Part shown: piece by piece, positions 28,275 through 40,260 of the stretch
How positions within the stretch are numbered: the stretch's first letter is position 1
How the letters are laid out: each line of letters begins with the position of its first letter
NCBI GenBank assembly: GCA_038230375.1
Contig: JBBRNJ010000046.1
Location: 1 to 64,000 of the forward strand
Length of the DNA: 64,000 bases
Direction of reading: 5' to 3'
DNA from: Polyangiales bacterium
Lineage (GTDB): Bacteria; Myxococcota_A; Polyangia; Polyangiales; Polyangiaceae
The notes under the pieces: model-generated
Databases searched by the model: none
Told to the model about the DNA's origin: nothing
The model's input: the letters and a program-made list of their open reading frames with translations, nothing else
Position numbers and translations under genes: made by a program

Positions 28275-31200
28275 TCATCGCAGCTCCTCCACGGCGGACT
28301 TGATCTTCGCAAGTGACACCGGCACGGCGGTCTTCAGCTCGGGCGCGAAGATGGCGACGCGAAGCTCCTCGAACGTGAAGCGGAGCTCGCGCGCGGCATC
28401 CTGATCGACCGCCCTCATCTCGCGCGCAAGGAACGCCGCAAAGAGCGCCGCAAATGGCGCGAGCTTGTCCATGTCCTTGCGCGGATCGGTGATGGCGCGC
28501 GAGAGCCGCGCCTGCGCCGCGCGCAGGTAGCGCGGATAGTGAGAGAGGTTCTCGACCGGGATCCACTGCATCAGGTCCGCGGGAAAGAGCCGCGTCAGCT
28601 GCGCCTCGATGTCCTTGGCAGCGTTCTGTCCGCTTGGATGGCGGGATGCGGCGCGCAGCGCTTGCAGCGTCTTCTCGAGCTCCTTCGCGATCTGGGCGAC
28701 CACCTCCACGAAGAGCGTGAGCGCCTTCTGGATGCGAGGGAGACCGGCGGCGAGCACCCGGTCGAACTCCGCTTTGTCACGCGGCAGCGGCACGTCCACG
28801 GAGAGCCCGAATGCCGCGTCCACGATGCGGGCGAGCAGCATCGCGCGAAACGCCTCGTTGTCCGCGCGGGAGTTCGGCGCGAGATCGGGGCGGAAGAACG
28901 CGGCTGGAAGCTTGGGGGTGACGGAAGAGATCGCGCCCTTCGCGAGAAGCACCAGCAGCCGACGCACCCCCGCGCGTGATGCGCTCTCCGCCGCGACGCT
29001 GGACTCGAGGAGGCAGAGATCCACCGACGTGCCGCGGTCCACGAGCGCCGGATAGCTTCTTACGAGGGTGCCGAGCACGTTGCGCGTCAGGAACGGCGGA
29101 AGCTCGAAGCCGTCCCACGTGGTGAGTCCCTTTCGCTCCCAGCTTGCCGGCGTGGGCGCCGCGCTCTTCCACACCGCACGTGCAAGCGCGCCATGGCGCG
29201 ACAACAGCGCGTCGATGTCGCGTCCCTGGGCCACGACCTTGCCGTGTTGGTCCGCGATGCGAAGCGTGAGCCTCAGGTACGAGGCCACGGCGGCGGAACG
29301 GAACGCATCTTCGCGCACGACCGTGTCCGTCAGCTCCGAGGTGACGCGCGCCAGCTGCGGGAGCATGGGGCCGTCGAACGGCGTGAGCTTCTCTGCGACT
29401 GCGCGAGCAAGCGCCGGGATCTCGCCGAGCTCGCGACGGGTGGCGCGCGGAAGCTCCCAGAGAAGCGCCGTCACCTTGTCCACGTGCCAGCCAGGAATGG
29501 TCCAGTCGAGCTCGCCGGGATCCAGCTGCGGAACGAGAAGAAGCGGAACGGTGAGCGTGATGCCGTCGTCCTCGGCCGCTGGGTCAAAGATGTACGTCAC
29601 CGGAATCGTGGCGCCGTGCAGCCGCACCCCATCCGGGAAATCCGAAGGGTTGATGCGTCGCTCGCCGGTGAGCACGTCGGACGTGGAGAGGAAGAGGACG
29701 GTCGGGTCGTCCTTCTCGGCCTTCTCGCGCCACGCTTCGAACGTCTTTCCGTTCACCACGTCGGCAGGCGCGCGCCCATCGAAGAAGGCGAGCAGGGCGT
29801 CGTCGTCGGCCAGCATGTCGCTCTGCCGTGCCTTGGCGCGAAGCCGCGCGACCTCGGCAAATAGCGCGCGGTTCTTCTCCTGGAATGCGCCGCGCGTCTT
29901 GTACTCGCCACGAACGAGCGCATGGTCCAGGAACATGCGGCGTGCAGCGTCGGGTGACACGCTCGCGTAGTCGATGCTCTTGTCGCGCGAGACCGTGAGG
30001 CCGAACAGCGTGGTGTGCTGCTTGATGGATGCGCGCGCCGAGGCCTCCGACCAGTGCGGCTCCGAGTAGCTGTGCTGGAGCAGGTGCGGCGCCGCGTCGA
30101 GCAGCCATTCGGGCTCTATCTTCGCCGCAGTGCGAGCATAGAGCTGCGTGGTCTCCACGAGCTCGAAGGACATCACCCACGCGGGCGGCTTGCGCGACAG
30201 CGCCGACCCGGGATGGATCACGAAGCGCGTCTGCTTCGCGCCCATGTAGTTCTTCTGTTCGGGCTTCCACGTTCCCACCTTGGAGAGGAGTCCCGTGAGC
30301 AGCGCACGATGCAGCGCCTCATCGGCAGCCGCCGCGGGCGAGCTCTTTCTGTCCTTGCCTGCGCTCGCGGTTGCCGCTGGAAGCCGCAGCTCCTCGATGA
30401 TGCCCTCCAGCTGCCGATGCACCTCGCCCCACTCGCGAACGCGCAAGAAGGACAGGAAGTTCTCGCGGCACACGCGGCGCAGGTTGGACGTACCTTTGCG
30501 CTCCGCCTCCTTCGCGAACTCCCAGAGCCGAAGCAGTCCGGCGAAATCCGAGCGCTCGTCGCGAAAGCGGCGATGCAGATCATCCGCCTTCTGCGCGAGC
30601 TCGCGCGGGCGTTCGCGCGGATCCTGGATGTTCAGCGCCGCCGCCACGATCAGGATCTGGGAAAGGCAACCGAGCTCGGCGCCCGCCAGGATCATGCGAC
30701 CAATGCGCGGGTCGACCGGAAAGCGCGCCAGTCTGTGGCCAAGCGGTGTGAGCTCGCGCTTGTCGTCCAGTGCGCCGAGCTCTGCGAGGACGCGGTAGCC
30801 CTCGGTGATGGACTTGCTCTGCGGCGGATCGAGGAACGGAAACTCCTCCACGTCGCCCAGGTCGAGCGACTTCATGCGCAGGATGACGCCCGCGAGGCCC
30901 GTGCGTTTGATCTCCGGGTCGGTGAAGGCCGGGCGCGCTGCGAAGCTCTGCTCGTCGTAGAGGCGAACGCAGATGCCGTCGCGCACGCGTCCGCAGCGGC
31001 CCTTGCGCTGCTCGGCGCTGGCCTGGGAAATCCCCTCGATCTGGAGTCGCGTGGTGCCCGAGCGCGGGTCGTAGCGAGACAGGCGCGCCACGCCAGCGTC
31101 CACGACGTACACGATGCCGGGAATGGTGATGGAGGTCTCGGCGACGTTGGTGGCGAGGATCACGCGGCGCTGGGGGATGCTCGTGAAGACCTTGGCTTGA

Positions 31201-31997
31201 TCGCCCGCGGACAGGCGCGCGTAGAGCGGCTGGATGACCGTGTGGCGAAGGTTCTTTCGCAGGAGCTCGCTCTCGGTGTCCTTGATCTCGCGCTCGCCCG
31301 GCAAGAACACGAGGATGTCGCCGTGCGGATCGAGCGCCGTCACGTTGGCGACGGCGTTGGCGACAGCCTCCGGCCCATCCATGTCTTCGGGCGGCGGCTC
31401 GTACAGCACGTCCACGGGGAACGTGCGGCCCTCCACCTGGATGACAGGCGCCGGCACGCCTTCGTTGCTGAAGAACTCGGAGAAGCGCTCGGTCTCGATG
31501 GTTGCGGAGCTGACGATGACCTTGAGGTCAGGTCGCTCGGGAAGAATGCGGCGCAGCCATCCAAGAAGAAAATCGATGGTGAGGCTGCGCTCGTGGGCCT
31601 CGTCGATGATGAGCGTGTCGTACCGATGTAGGAGGCGGTCGCCCTGGATCTCGGCCAGGAGGATGCCGTCCGTCATGAACTTCACGTACGTGGCGGGAGA
31701 GGTGCGGTCGTCGAAGCGGACCTGGTAGCCCACGTCCGTGCCGAGCGGCGAGCCGAGCTCGCTGGCGACGCGCGCGGCGACGCTGGTGGCAGCGATGCGC
31801 CGCGGCTGGGTGACGCCGATGATCTTCTCGAGGCCGCGGCCCATGGCGAGCGCGATCTTCGGGAGCTGCGTGGTCTTGCCGGACCCTGTCGCGCCCGCGA
31901 CGATGCACACCTGATGGCCATCAATGGCGGTGGCGATGTCTGTCACGCGCGCAGAGATGGGGAGCTGCGGCGGGAAGCTGATGGCTGCGCGGGTCAA
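28275..31997 (-). CDS. hrpA: ATP-dependent RNA helicase HrpA
   Basis: GATGSGKTTQLPK, TQPRRIAA, DEAH, SAT, ATNVAETS, QRKGRCGR; C-terminal EELRV..FA. Confidence 0.95.
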   Translation of the reverse strand: MTRAAISFPPQLPISARVTDIATAIDGHQVCIVAGATGSGKTTQLPKIALAMGRGLEKIIGVTQPRRIAATSVAARVASELGSPLGTDVGYQVRFDDRTSPATYVKFMTDGILLAEIQGDRLLHRYDTLIIDEAHERSLTIDFLLGWLRRILPERPDLKVIVSSATIETERFSEFFSNEGVPAPVIQVEGRTFPVDVLYEPPPEDMDGPEAVANAVANVTALDPHGDILVFLPGEREIKDTESELLRKNLRHTVIQPLYARLSAGDQAKVFTSIPQRRVILATNVAETSITIPGIVYVVDAGVARLSRYDPRSGTTRLQIEGISQASAEQRKGRCGRVRDGICVRLYDEQSFAARPAFTDPEIKRTGLAGVILRMKSLDLGDVEEFPFLDPPQSKSITEGYRVLAELGALDDKRELTPLGHRLARFPVDPRIGRMILAGAELGCLSQILIVAAALNIQDPRERPRELAQKADDLHRRFRDERSDFAGLLRLWEFAKEAERKGTSNLRRVCRENFLSFLRVREWGEVHRQLEGIIEELRLPAATASAGKDRKSSPAAAADEALHRALLTGLLSKVGTWKPEQKNYMGAKQTRFVIHPGSALSRKPPAWVMSFELVETTQLYARTAAKIEPEWLLDAAPHLLQHSYSEPHWSEASARASIKQHTTLFGLTVSRDKSIDYASVSPDAARRMFLDHALVRGEYKTRGAFQEKNRALFAEVARLRAKARQSDMLADDDALLAFFDGRAPADVVNGKTFEAWREKAEKDDPTVLFLSTSDVLTGERRINPSDFPDGVRLHGATIPVTYIFDPAAEDDGITLTVPLLLVPQLDPGELDWTIPGWHVDKVTALLWELPRATRRELGEIPALARAVAEKLTPFDGPMLPQLARVTSELTDTVVREDAFRSAAVASYLRLTLRIADQHGKVVAQGRDIDALLSRHGALARAVWKSAAPTPASWERKGLTTWDGFELPPFLTRNVLGTLVRSYPALVDRGTSVDLCLLESSVAAESASRAGVRRLLVLLAKGAISSVTPKLPAAFFRPDLAPNSRADNEAFRAMLLARIVDAAFGLSVDVPLPRDKAEFDRVLAAGLPRIQKALTLFVEVVAQIAKELEKTLQALRAASRHPSGQNAAKDIEAQLTRLFPADLMQWIPVENLSHYPRYLRAAQARLSRAITDPRKDMDKLAPFAALFAAFLAREMRAVDQDAARELRFTFEELRVAIFAPELKTAVPVSLAKIKSAVEELR

Positions 31998-32088
31998 AAT
32001 GAAGCGATGACACTAACAATGCTGGAGCAAGGGCGCCGGCCTTAGATTGGTGGGCCGGTGCGATGGTGAAATCACGAGACCTGCTCGG

Positions 32089-33144
32089 CTACCGGCCGGA
32101 GGGCGTGAGCACGATCACCTGGCCGGCGGTACCGCTATCGGCCGTCGCAAACATGGCGAGCGCGCCGCGGCTTGCGGCGTAGAACACGGGCGTCGGGTGT
32201 ACGCCTTTCGGTGAGCCCACTGGCATCGCATTGTCGGTCACTGGATCGTACGCCCACAGCGCGGACTTCTGCGCGGATGCGTAGCTGGCCACGAGGACCA
32301 TGGTTGCGCCCGGGCCGGGGCGCACGGAGAGGAAGGTTTCCTTGGGCAGAATCGAGCGCGGCTTGCTCGCGCCAGGCAAGATCTCCACGAGTCGTCCGTC
32401 GGAGATCGTGAAGAAGCCAGTGCTACCTGCCGTGACCGCGGTCAGGCCAACGTTGCTGTGCGTGGTCTGGAGATCGAAACCATGCGTGCGCGTGAACCGG
32501 TCAAGGACAAGCTCGAACATGCGGCCGCCCCACACCAGCACGTCGCGTCCGTCGGCGCAGGTGATCACAGAGGTCAGCTGGGGCGCATCGCCTTCGTCGC
32601 CGGGAGCAAGGCCAGGGGCCGGTACGAGCTTCGTGCCTTCCTGCAGGAATGGCTGCTGCGCGCGGGGGTAGAGCGAGCGGCGGTGAGTACCAAGATATCC
32701 GGGGATCGCGACCACACGCGCGCCGACGAAGCCAATGGCTGCGAACTCGGCCTTCCTCGTGGGCACGAGATCGAGCGCCGCGTCCCGATCGATGCTCGCA
32801 GAGTAGACGCGGATCGGGCGCGTCTTCTTCATCAGGCCGTGGAGCATTGCCCACCGGCCATCGCGCGCGCGGCCGCACGCCTGCGTCCATTCCTCGACCA
32901 GTGGACGGACCACCGGCGTTCCTGCTCCGAGCTCGAGCACTCCGGTCCTATGGAGCACGGAGCACGCCAGCACGCCGACCGGATCGGACCACGCGACGAG
33001 GTCGAGCGAAGCAAATCCACCGACCACCACCTCCCGGTCATCGAGGCGAACAAGCCTGATCACATCTTCATCGTCGTCGTCGGGAGCCGGCGGCCTCTTC
33101 GCGGACGCCTTCGTCTTCGGCTTCTTCTTGACCGTCTGGCTCAT
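32089..33144 (-). CDS. Hypothetical protein (Lys-rich N-terminus, beta-rich body)
   Basis: ATGA overlap with the upstream ligase; no recognised motif. Confidence 0.6.
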   Translation of the reverse strand: MSQTVKKKPKTKASAKRPPAPDDDDEDVIRLVRLDDREVVVGGFASLDLVAWSDPVGVLACSVLHRTGVLELGAGTPVVRPLVEEWTQACGRARDGRWAMLHGLMKKTRPIRVYSASIDRDAALDLVPTRKAEFAAIGFVGARVVAIPGYLGTHRRSLYPRAQQPFLQEGTKLVPAPGLAPGDEGDAPQLTSVITCADGRDVLVWGGRMFELVLDRFTRTHGFDLQTTHSNVGLTAVTAGSTGFFTISDGRLVEILPGASKPRSILPKETFLSVRPGPGATMVLVASYASAQKSALWAYDPVTDNAMPVGSPKGVHPTPVFYAASRGALAMFATADSGTAGQVIVLTPSGR

Positions 33145-34049
33145 CTTCCAACCCACACGACACGGCCTTCGTGTTCGAGCAGCTTCGGGATTCGCTCCGC
33201 GTATCGCTCCTCGATGATCGCTCTGCGCAACTTGAGGGTTGGCGTGAGGAGGCCGTTCTCCGTTGTCCATTCCTCCGGCACCACGAGAAGCTTGTCCAGG
33301 CGCTCGTGCGGATCGAACGCGGCGTTCACCTCGCGGAGGTGACGCTCGAGCAGCGTCGCGATCTCGGCGCGGTTCGCCTCTGGGCGCGCGCGTAGAGCCG
33401 CTGACAGGACGATCAGCGCGTACGGCTGCGGAAGCCCCACGCCCGACACGCACGCCTGATCGATCTCTGGATGAGCGAGCAGCGCGCTCTCGAGCGGCGC
33501 CGGCGCGACGTACTTCCCCTTGCTTGTCTTGAAGAGCTCCTTCACGCGGCCGCGGATGGCGAGCGCGCCACTCGCGTCGATCTCGCCGCGATCGCCGGTG
33601 CGCACGCCTTCGCGCGCGGCCTCCTTCGGCGCGAGGGGGAGCAAGAGGCGCACGATGCCGTCGGGCAGTCCGGACTCCATCGCCGCGAAGCCATCCAGCT
33701 TACCGATGAGGCAGACGCGCGCCTCCGAGTGCTCGAGGATCGCGCGGATGCTCTTCGGCGTGAGCGTCGGGTAGATCGGCACGGTGACGTGACCGGCCAT
33801 CCAGATCGCGAGGTCAGCGAGGAGCCACCACGCCGTGTTCTTGGAGAAGATCGCGACGCAGCTGCCCGCGGGGAGTTCGAGGGAGCGAAGGTGCGCGGCC
33901 ATGCACCGCACCTCGCGCATGGCGGCGGCGAACGTGAAGTCGCGCATCGCGCCCGCACCCATGGGCTGCGAGAGCCAGATGGCGTCGGGCCGCTCGCGCT
34001 CGTGCCCGTAGATCCAGTCCAGCTGCGTCGCGCCATCCATCGCGGACAT
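33141..34049 (-). pseudogene. Long-chain fatty acyl-CoA ligase with a large in-frame internal deletion
   Basis: N-terminal SKN.AWW..ADLAIWMAGHV.VPIYPTL joins almost directly to RTGDRG..GRVKE.FKTSKGKYVAP; the YTSGTTG P-loop and YG.TE motifs are absent; about 302 aa. Confidence 0.7.
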
Positions 34050-34082
34050 CCTACTCCAGCCATTTTTTGATACGACAGCGGC

Positions 34083-34544
34083 ATGGATAGAACGACGCAC
34101 GAACGCGCGCTCGACGCGGCGCGGCGCCTGGCACTGGGGACGCTCTTGCTGGCGGGCTGCGATCGTGAGCCGGCAGTTGCAGGGGCACCGACAACGCCGG
34201 GGCCCATGCCGGCAAACACGAAGCCCGCGGCGGCCGACGGGGACCTCGACGCCAGCGCAAGCAAGAGCGCGAAGCCGCGGATGTCGAAGACAGATGAGTG
34301 CCGCGCGCTGATAGACGCGAAGCTGGGCAAGAGCGACGTGGAGTGGTGGCGCGACCCCGATCATCGGGAGGCCACGCCCGAGCTCACGAAGTGCTGCACG
34401 GAGCTCACGCAAGTGAACGACGCAGGCTGGGTCGACAACACGAACGAAGTGAGGTCCGCGGGCTGCTGCCGCGTGAACTTCCCGGGAGCAGGTCCGGCGT
34501 GCACGCCATGGGGACCGCCAGTGCCGCCGAGGATGACGGCATAG
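34083..34544 (+). CDS. Small Cys-containing lipoprotein
   Basis: Lipobox LAGC; CC..CC..CTPWGPPVPP C-terminus. Confidence 0.7.
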   Translation: MDRTTHERALDAARRLALGTLLLAGCDREPAVAGAPTTPGPMPANTKPAAADGDLDASASKSAKPRMSKTDECRALIDAKLGKSDVEWWRDPDHREATPELTKCCTELTQVNDAGWVDNTNEVRSAGCCRVNFPGAGPACTPWGPPVPPRMTA

Positions 34545-34548
34545 CGAC

Positions 34549-34642
34549 AACTTCGACTTCGACTTCGACTTCGACCTCGACCTCGACCTCGACTTCGACT
34601 TCGACCTCGACCTCAACCTCGACTTCGACCTCGACCTCGACC
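34549..34642. repeat. Intergenic hexamer microsatellite (RACYTC), 15 full copies plus a partial
   Basis: Mixed GACTTC and GACCTC units, starting 4 bp after TAG 34544. Confidence 0.95.
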
Positions 34643-34797
34643 GCGGGTTCTCAGTTGACGCTTTGCGGCATTTTACGATCTCGCCTGTTCCTCGATATTT
34701 GGGGTGGCGCGTCACTCATTTTGGAGTTACGAAACGCCGCTTCCGCGCAGTGCTCGCGTGAGAGGCTGGGCCACTTGGCCTAGATTCGCCCGCCCCC

Positions 34798-35921
<1,124 letters not shown>

Positions 35922-35925
<4 letters not shown>

Positions 35926-38129
35926 TCCGCGCGCTCCTGCTTGCAGCATTCGCCGTGCTGTTCGTGTCGCTGGGCGCGGGCTGCGGTGAGGAGCCCAAGA
36001 TCGTCTTCTGGCACGCGTACCGTGGTGACGAAGAGACCGCGCTCATCAAGCTCACGAAGGACTACGAGGCCGAGCACAAGGTCACCATCGAGCTCCTCTC
36101 CGTGCCGTTCGATGCGTACGCTGCGAAGCTCGAGTCCGCCATCCCGCACGCGCACGGACCCGATGCGTTCATCGACGCGCACGAGCGCCTGGGGTCAGAC
36201 CTTCAGAACAGGCTGGTCGCCCCCATCGGCGACGCGTTGCCGGAGAAGGACGTCGCCGTCTTCGAGCCCGCCAGTCTGAATGCCCTCACGATCGCCGGCG
36301 TGCGCTATGGCGTGCCGCTCTCCGAGAAGTGCATCGCGCTCTATGTGAACGAGGACCTGGTCCCGAAGACCCCGCGCACCATCGAGGAGCTCGTAGCGCT
36401 CCCTGTTCCGGTGGGCGGCTACCCGCTCGTCTACGAGGCCGGAACCCCTTTTTATCACGCTCCATTCTTGTCGGCGTTCGGCGCGAGCATGCTCACTGCG
36501 GACGGTCAGTTCGGCATGGTGGGCGAAGGCGCGGAGGACTCGCTGCGGCTCGTTGCGGGCTGGCAGAAGAACGGCCTTCTTCCCGAGGAGCCTTCAGGTC
36601 CGGTCGTGAAGGAGCTCTTCTCCACCGGCAAGGCGAACGCCGCCATCAGCGGACCGTGGCTCGCTGGCGACCTGGGCAAGATGAGGTTCCGCGTGGAGCC
36701 GCTTCCGCTCGTGGGCAAGACCGGACAGCGGATGCGCCCGCTCCTCACCGTGGAGAGCGCGTTCCTCACGCCCGGAGGAAGCAAGCGCGAGGAGGTGCGC
36801 GCCTTCGTGCGCTACCTGGGCGGCAAGCAAGCGAGCCTGGTGCGCGCGTCCCTGGGCAGGCAGGTCGTCGCGAACAAGCAAGCCTGGGAAGAGCCCGCCC
36901 TCCAGAATGACAAGGTGCTGATCGCGTTTCATGCCGCAACAAAAGACGCGGACCCCATGCCCACGTCCACGGCCATGCGCGCAACGTGGGTGCCCGCACA
37001 GGAGGCGATCCGCAAGGTGCTGCGCGGCGACGTGGAGCCGAAGGCAGCGCTCGAAGAGGCACGCGCGCGTTTTCTGGACGCACTGAAGCCACCGCCGTCG
37101 CCGCCATCACCCACGCCGCTCTTCCTCGTGTGCGGTCTGGTGCTCGCGGGGCTCGCGCTCCTGATGGTGAAGCGGGTGCGCGAGCCGGGCTTCAAGGCGG
37201 AGTTTCGACGCGGGAGGAGGGCCTACGCCTACGTGCTGCACGCCGCTGTGATCATCCTGCTCCTGGTGGTGCTGCCGCTGGTGCTTGGCGCGCTCACGTC
37301 GTTCTTCGCGGGCACGCGTGATCAGCCGCAGTACGTGGGGCTGTCGAACTACGTCTCGATCCTCACTGCGCGCGGCGGAGATCTGCTGGGCCACGGCTCG
37401 TTCTACCTGACGCTGCTGGTCACCGTGCTGTGGACCCTCTGCAACATCGCGCTGCACGTGGGCATCGGCGTGCTGCTCGGCGTCTTGCTCTCGCGACAGT
37501 GGCTCCGGCTTCGTGCGATCTACCGCGTGCTCCTGATCATCCCGTGGGCCGTACCGAACTACGTCACGGCCCTTGCATGGAAGGGCATGTTTCACCGGCA
37601 GTTCGGCGCGATCAACGCCATCCTCAAGGCGCTCGGCGCGGAGCCCGTCTCCTTCTTCTCGCACTGGTCCACGGCCTTCGCGGCGAACGTGGCGACCAAC
37701 GTGTGGCTCGGCTTTCCGTTCATGATGGTCGTCACGCTGGGCGCGCTCACCTCCATCCCGAAGGAGGTACTGGAGGCCGCGGAGGTGGACGGCGCCACGC
37801 GCTGGCAGCGCTTCCGCCACGTGACGCTGCCGCTCTTGCTCCCGAACATGTTGCCCGCCGTCGTGCTCGGCACGGTCTGGACATTCAACATGTTCAACGT
37901 CGTGTTCCTTGTCTCCGGCGGCGAGCCCGACGGCACCACGGACATCCTCGTGAGCGAGGCGTACCGCTGGGCGTTCACGCGCAACTCGCAGTACGGCTAC
38001 GCGGCCGCATATGCGGTGATCATCATGGGGCTGCTGTTCGTGATGACGCGCATGCTCGGGCGACTCACGCCAAAGGACGTCGACAAGGGCGAGACAGCTG
38101 CGAAGGACGCGCCGAAGGGAGCGCACTGA
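35922..38129 (+). CDS. Fused sugar-binding lipoprotein and MalF-type permease
   Basis: Lipobox GAGC, MalE-like domain (FWH, GPD...AHE, SGPW), Pro linker, TM domain with EAA loop EAAEVDGA. Confidence 0.88.
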
Positions 38130-38983
38130 TGGAGCGCACGCCCAGCCTCGCCGAGCGCATCCTCGTGAACGGGCTCGTGCTCGTGTTCGTCGTGTTCGCG
38201 CTGTACCCGGTGCTCTGGGTCATCTCCCTCTCGCTCTCCAGCAGCGGCATGGGCGAGGGCGGTTCGGTGCTGCCCATTCCGCACGACCCGTCGCTCGCGA
38301 ACTTCAAGATGGTGCTCGGCGGAGACGATCCGCAGAAGACATGGCTCTTCGGGCGCCAGCTCGCGAACTCACTCCTGGTCTCGTTGCTCACTGCCGTGGT
38401 CGCCATTGCGATCGCCACGCCGTGTGCCTACGCGCTCGCGCGCTTCCGTTTCGTCGGAAAAGAGGCCGGACTGCGCACGCTGCTCGTGACGCAGATGTTT
38501 CCGACGGTGGCAAGCGCGGTGCCGCTCTATCTCTTGCTCGACGCGCTGGGCCTGCTCGACTCGCGCCTTGGTCTCACGCTGGTCTACGCGACCACCGCTG
38601 TGCCGTTCGCGATCTTCCAGCTCCGCGGCGCGTTCGAGTCCATTCCGGTGGATCTGGAGGAGGCCGCGATGGTCGACGGCGCATCGCGCTTCGAGGCGTT
38701 CATACGCGTGGTGCTACCGGCGGCACGTCCGGCGATCTCCGTCACGGCGCTCTTCGCGTTCATGAGCGCGTGGAACGAGTTCATCCTGGCCGCCACGCTC
38801 CTCTCCAGGGAGAGCGCATTCACCCTGCCCGTTGTTCTTCAGCGCTACGTGGGCGAGCACGACGCGCAGTGGGGCGTCTTCGCGGCCGGTGCGATCATCG
38901 TGAGCGCGCCAGTGATGCTGCTCTTCTACGTCGCTCAGCGGCAGCTGGTCAGTGGGCTCACCGCAGGCGGCGTGAAGGGCTAG
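38129..38983 (+). CDS. Sugar ABC permease (MalG family)
   Basis: AYALARF.F, QMFP, EEAAMVDGA, AWNEF, GLTAGGVKG. Confidence 0.93.
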   Translation: MERTPSLAERILVNGLVLVFVVFALYPVLWVISLSLSSSGMGEGGSVLPIPHDPSLANFKMVLGGDDPQKTWLFGRQLANSLLVSLLTAVVAIAIATPCAYALARFRFVGKEAGLRTLLVTQMFPTVASAVPLYLLLDALGLLDSRLGLTLVYATTAVPFAIFQLRGAFESIPVDLEEAAMVDGASRFEAFIRVVLPAARPAISVTALFAFMSAWNEFILAATLLSRESAFTLPVVLQRYVGEHDAQWGVFAAGAIIVSAPVMLLFYVAQRQLVSGLTAGGVKG

Positions 38984-39052
38984 AGGCCTTATCGAAGTGA
39001 CGCCGCGAAGTTGGCCCTGCGCGCCGTGCATGGTGGAACCAAGTGATGAGCC

Positions 39053-40096
39053 TCACTCGCACGAAGCGGACTGCGAAAGCGAAGCCGGTACGGAAGCCTG
39101 AGCGGCGCACTGGGCCAGACCGGCGTGACGTGGCGTCGGAGCGCCGGACATTCCCGCGTCCGGAAGGGCGCCGGATGAACGCGGGGCGTCGGGCAGACGA
39201 TCCGCAGGACTGAGCGGCTTCTCGGGGACCGGCGCCTCCTTCCTTGCGCGCGAGATGAGCGCGACGGCGACGAGCACCAGAGAAAGACCGATCACGTCAG
39301 CGCGTCCGAGCGGCTCGTTCGCGAGCCACCTTCCGAGCGCGAGCGCGACAATCGGGTTCACGAACGCGTAGCTCGTTGCAAGCGCAGGACGCACCGTGCG
39401 CAGCAGGTACCCGAGCGCCGTGTATGCCACCATCGAGCCCAGGACGACCAGGTAGCCAAACGCAAAGAGCGAGCTCCGCGAAGGACGCGCCCATGACTCG
39501 CCGAGCGTGAGGCTTGCGAGCACGAGCACCGCGCCCGCGAAGAGCATCTGCGAGGCCGCTCCCATCGCACCAGGCGCAAGGCGAACGCGCGCGGTCAGCA
39601 GACATCCCAGCGCATAGAAGCATGCCGACACGAGCAGGAGCCCCGCCCCGAACGGATCGCTCGCTAGCCCGCCGCGCAGTGACACGCAGCCGACGCCGGT
39701 GATGCCCACAAGAAGCCCGCCACACTCCGTCAGAGACAGCTTGCGCCCGAGCAGTCGCGAAAAGAGCGACGTGAAGATCGGCACGGCGCCGAACACGAGC
39801 GCCCCAAGACCAGACGGCACGCGCTTCAACGCGTACGCGGCCGTACCCATGCCGAACACCATCAGCGGCGTCGCGGACACCGCTGCATTCCACCATTCGG
39901 TCCTGGTGGGAAGCTTCGCGCCACGCACCACGAGCAAGAGCAGGAGGAGCGCGCCAGCAAGCGTGAAGCGCAGCCCCGCCATCTGGAGCGGCGTGAACGT
40001 GGAGACGGCCACGCGCTGCGCGAGATAGGTAGAGCCCCACACCGTGTAGAGCACCGCAAGGGACACCACGATCTTCGTTCGACGTGTCGTGCTCAT
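39053..40096 (-). CDS. EamA/DMT transporter (YedA-like)
   Basis: YTVWGSTYLA, RF.LAG, SYAFVNPIVA; multiple TM segments. Confidence 0.9.
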   Translation of the reverse strand: MSTTRRTKIVVSLAVLYTVWGSTYLAQRVAVSTFTPLQMAGLRFTLAGALLLLLLVVRGAKLPTRTEWWNAAVSATPLMVFGMGTAAYALKRVPSGLGALVFGAVPIFTSLFSRLLGRKLSLTECGGLLVGITGVGCVSLRGGLASDPFGAGLLLVSACFYALGCLLTARVRLAPGAMGAASQMLFAGAVLVLASLTLGESWARPSRSSLFAFGYLVVLGSMVAYTALGYLLRTVRPALATSYAFVNPIVALALGRWLANEPLGRADVIGLSLVLVAVALISRARKEAPVPEKPLSPADRLPDAPRSSGALPDAGMSGAPTPRHAGLAQCAAQASVPASLSQSASCE

Positions 40097-40160
40097 GGCC
40101 TTGAAGATAAGGAGATCGCGCGCGCGAGAAAGGGCACAGGCACGACACACCCGGTCGGGC

Positions 40161-40260
40161 GCATGGGTACAGGGCATGAATCGGCATAGGTACAGGGTGG
40201 CGCCACGGGCTTTTATCGTTAGGATCTTGTCCAGCAGCGGGGACAGAAGCATGGGTACAG
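40161..40260. promoter_or_regulatory. Direct repeats GCATRGGTACAG, probable MocR operator sites
   Basis: GCATGGGTACAGGG 40161-40174, GCATAGGTACAGGG 40184-40197, GCATGGGTACAG 40249-40260. Confidence 0.65.

Noticed and set aside
33096..33110. Short match to the SASAKK repeat unit
   Set aside because: Encodes a similar ASAKR low-complexity peptide; codon bias is a sufficient explanation
34050..34715. SR/SK-repeat N-terminal extension of the 33141..34715 ORF
   Set aside because: Read-through of the hexamer microsatellite, antisense to a real lipoprotein gene; ligase homology starts at 34049
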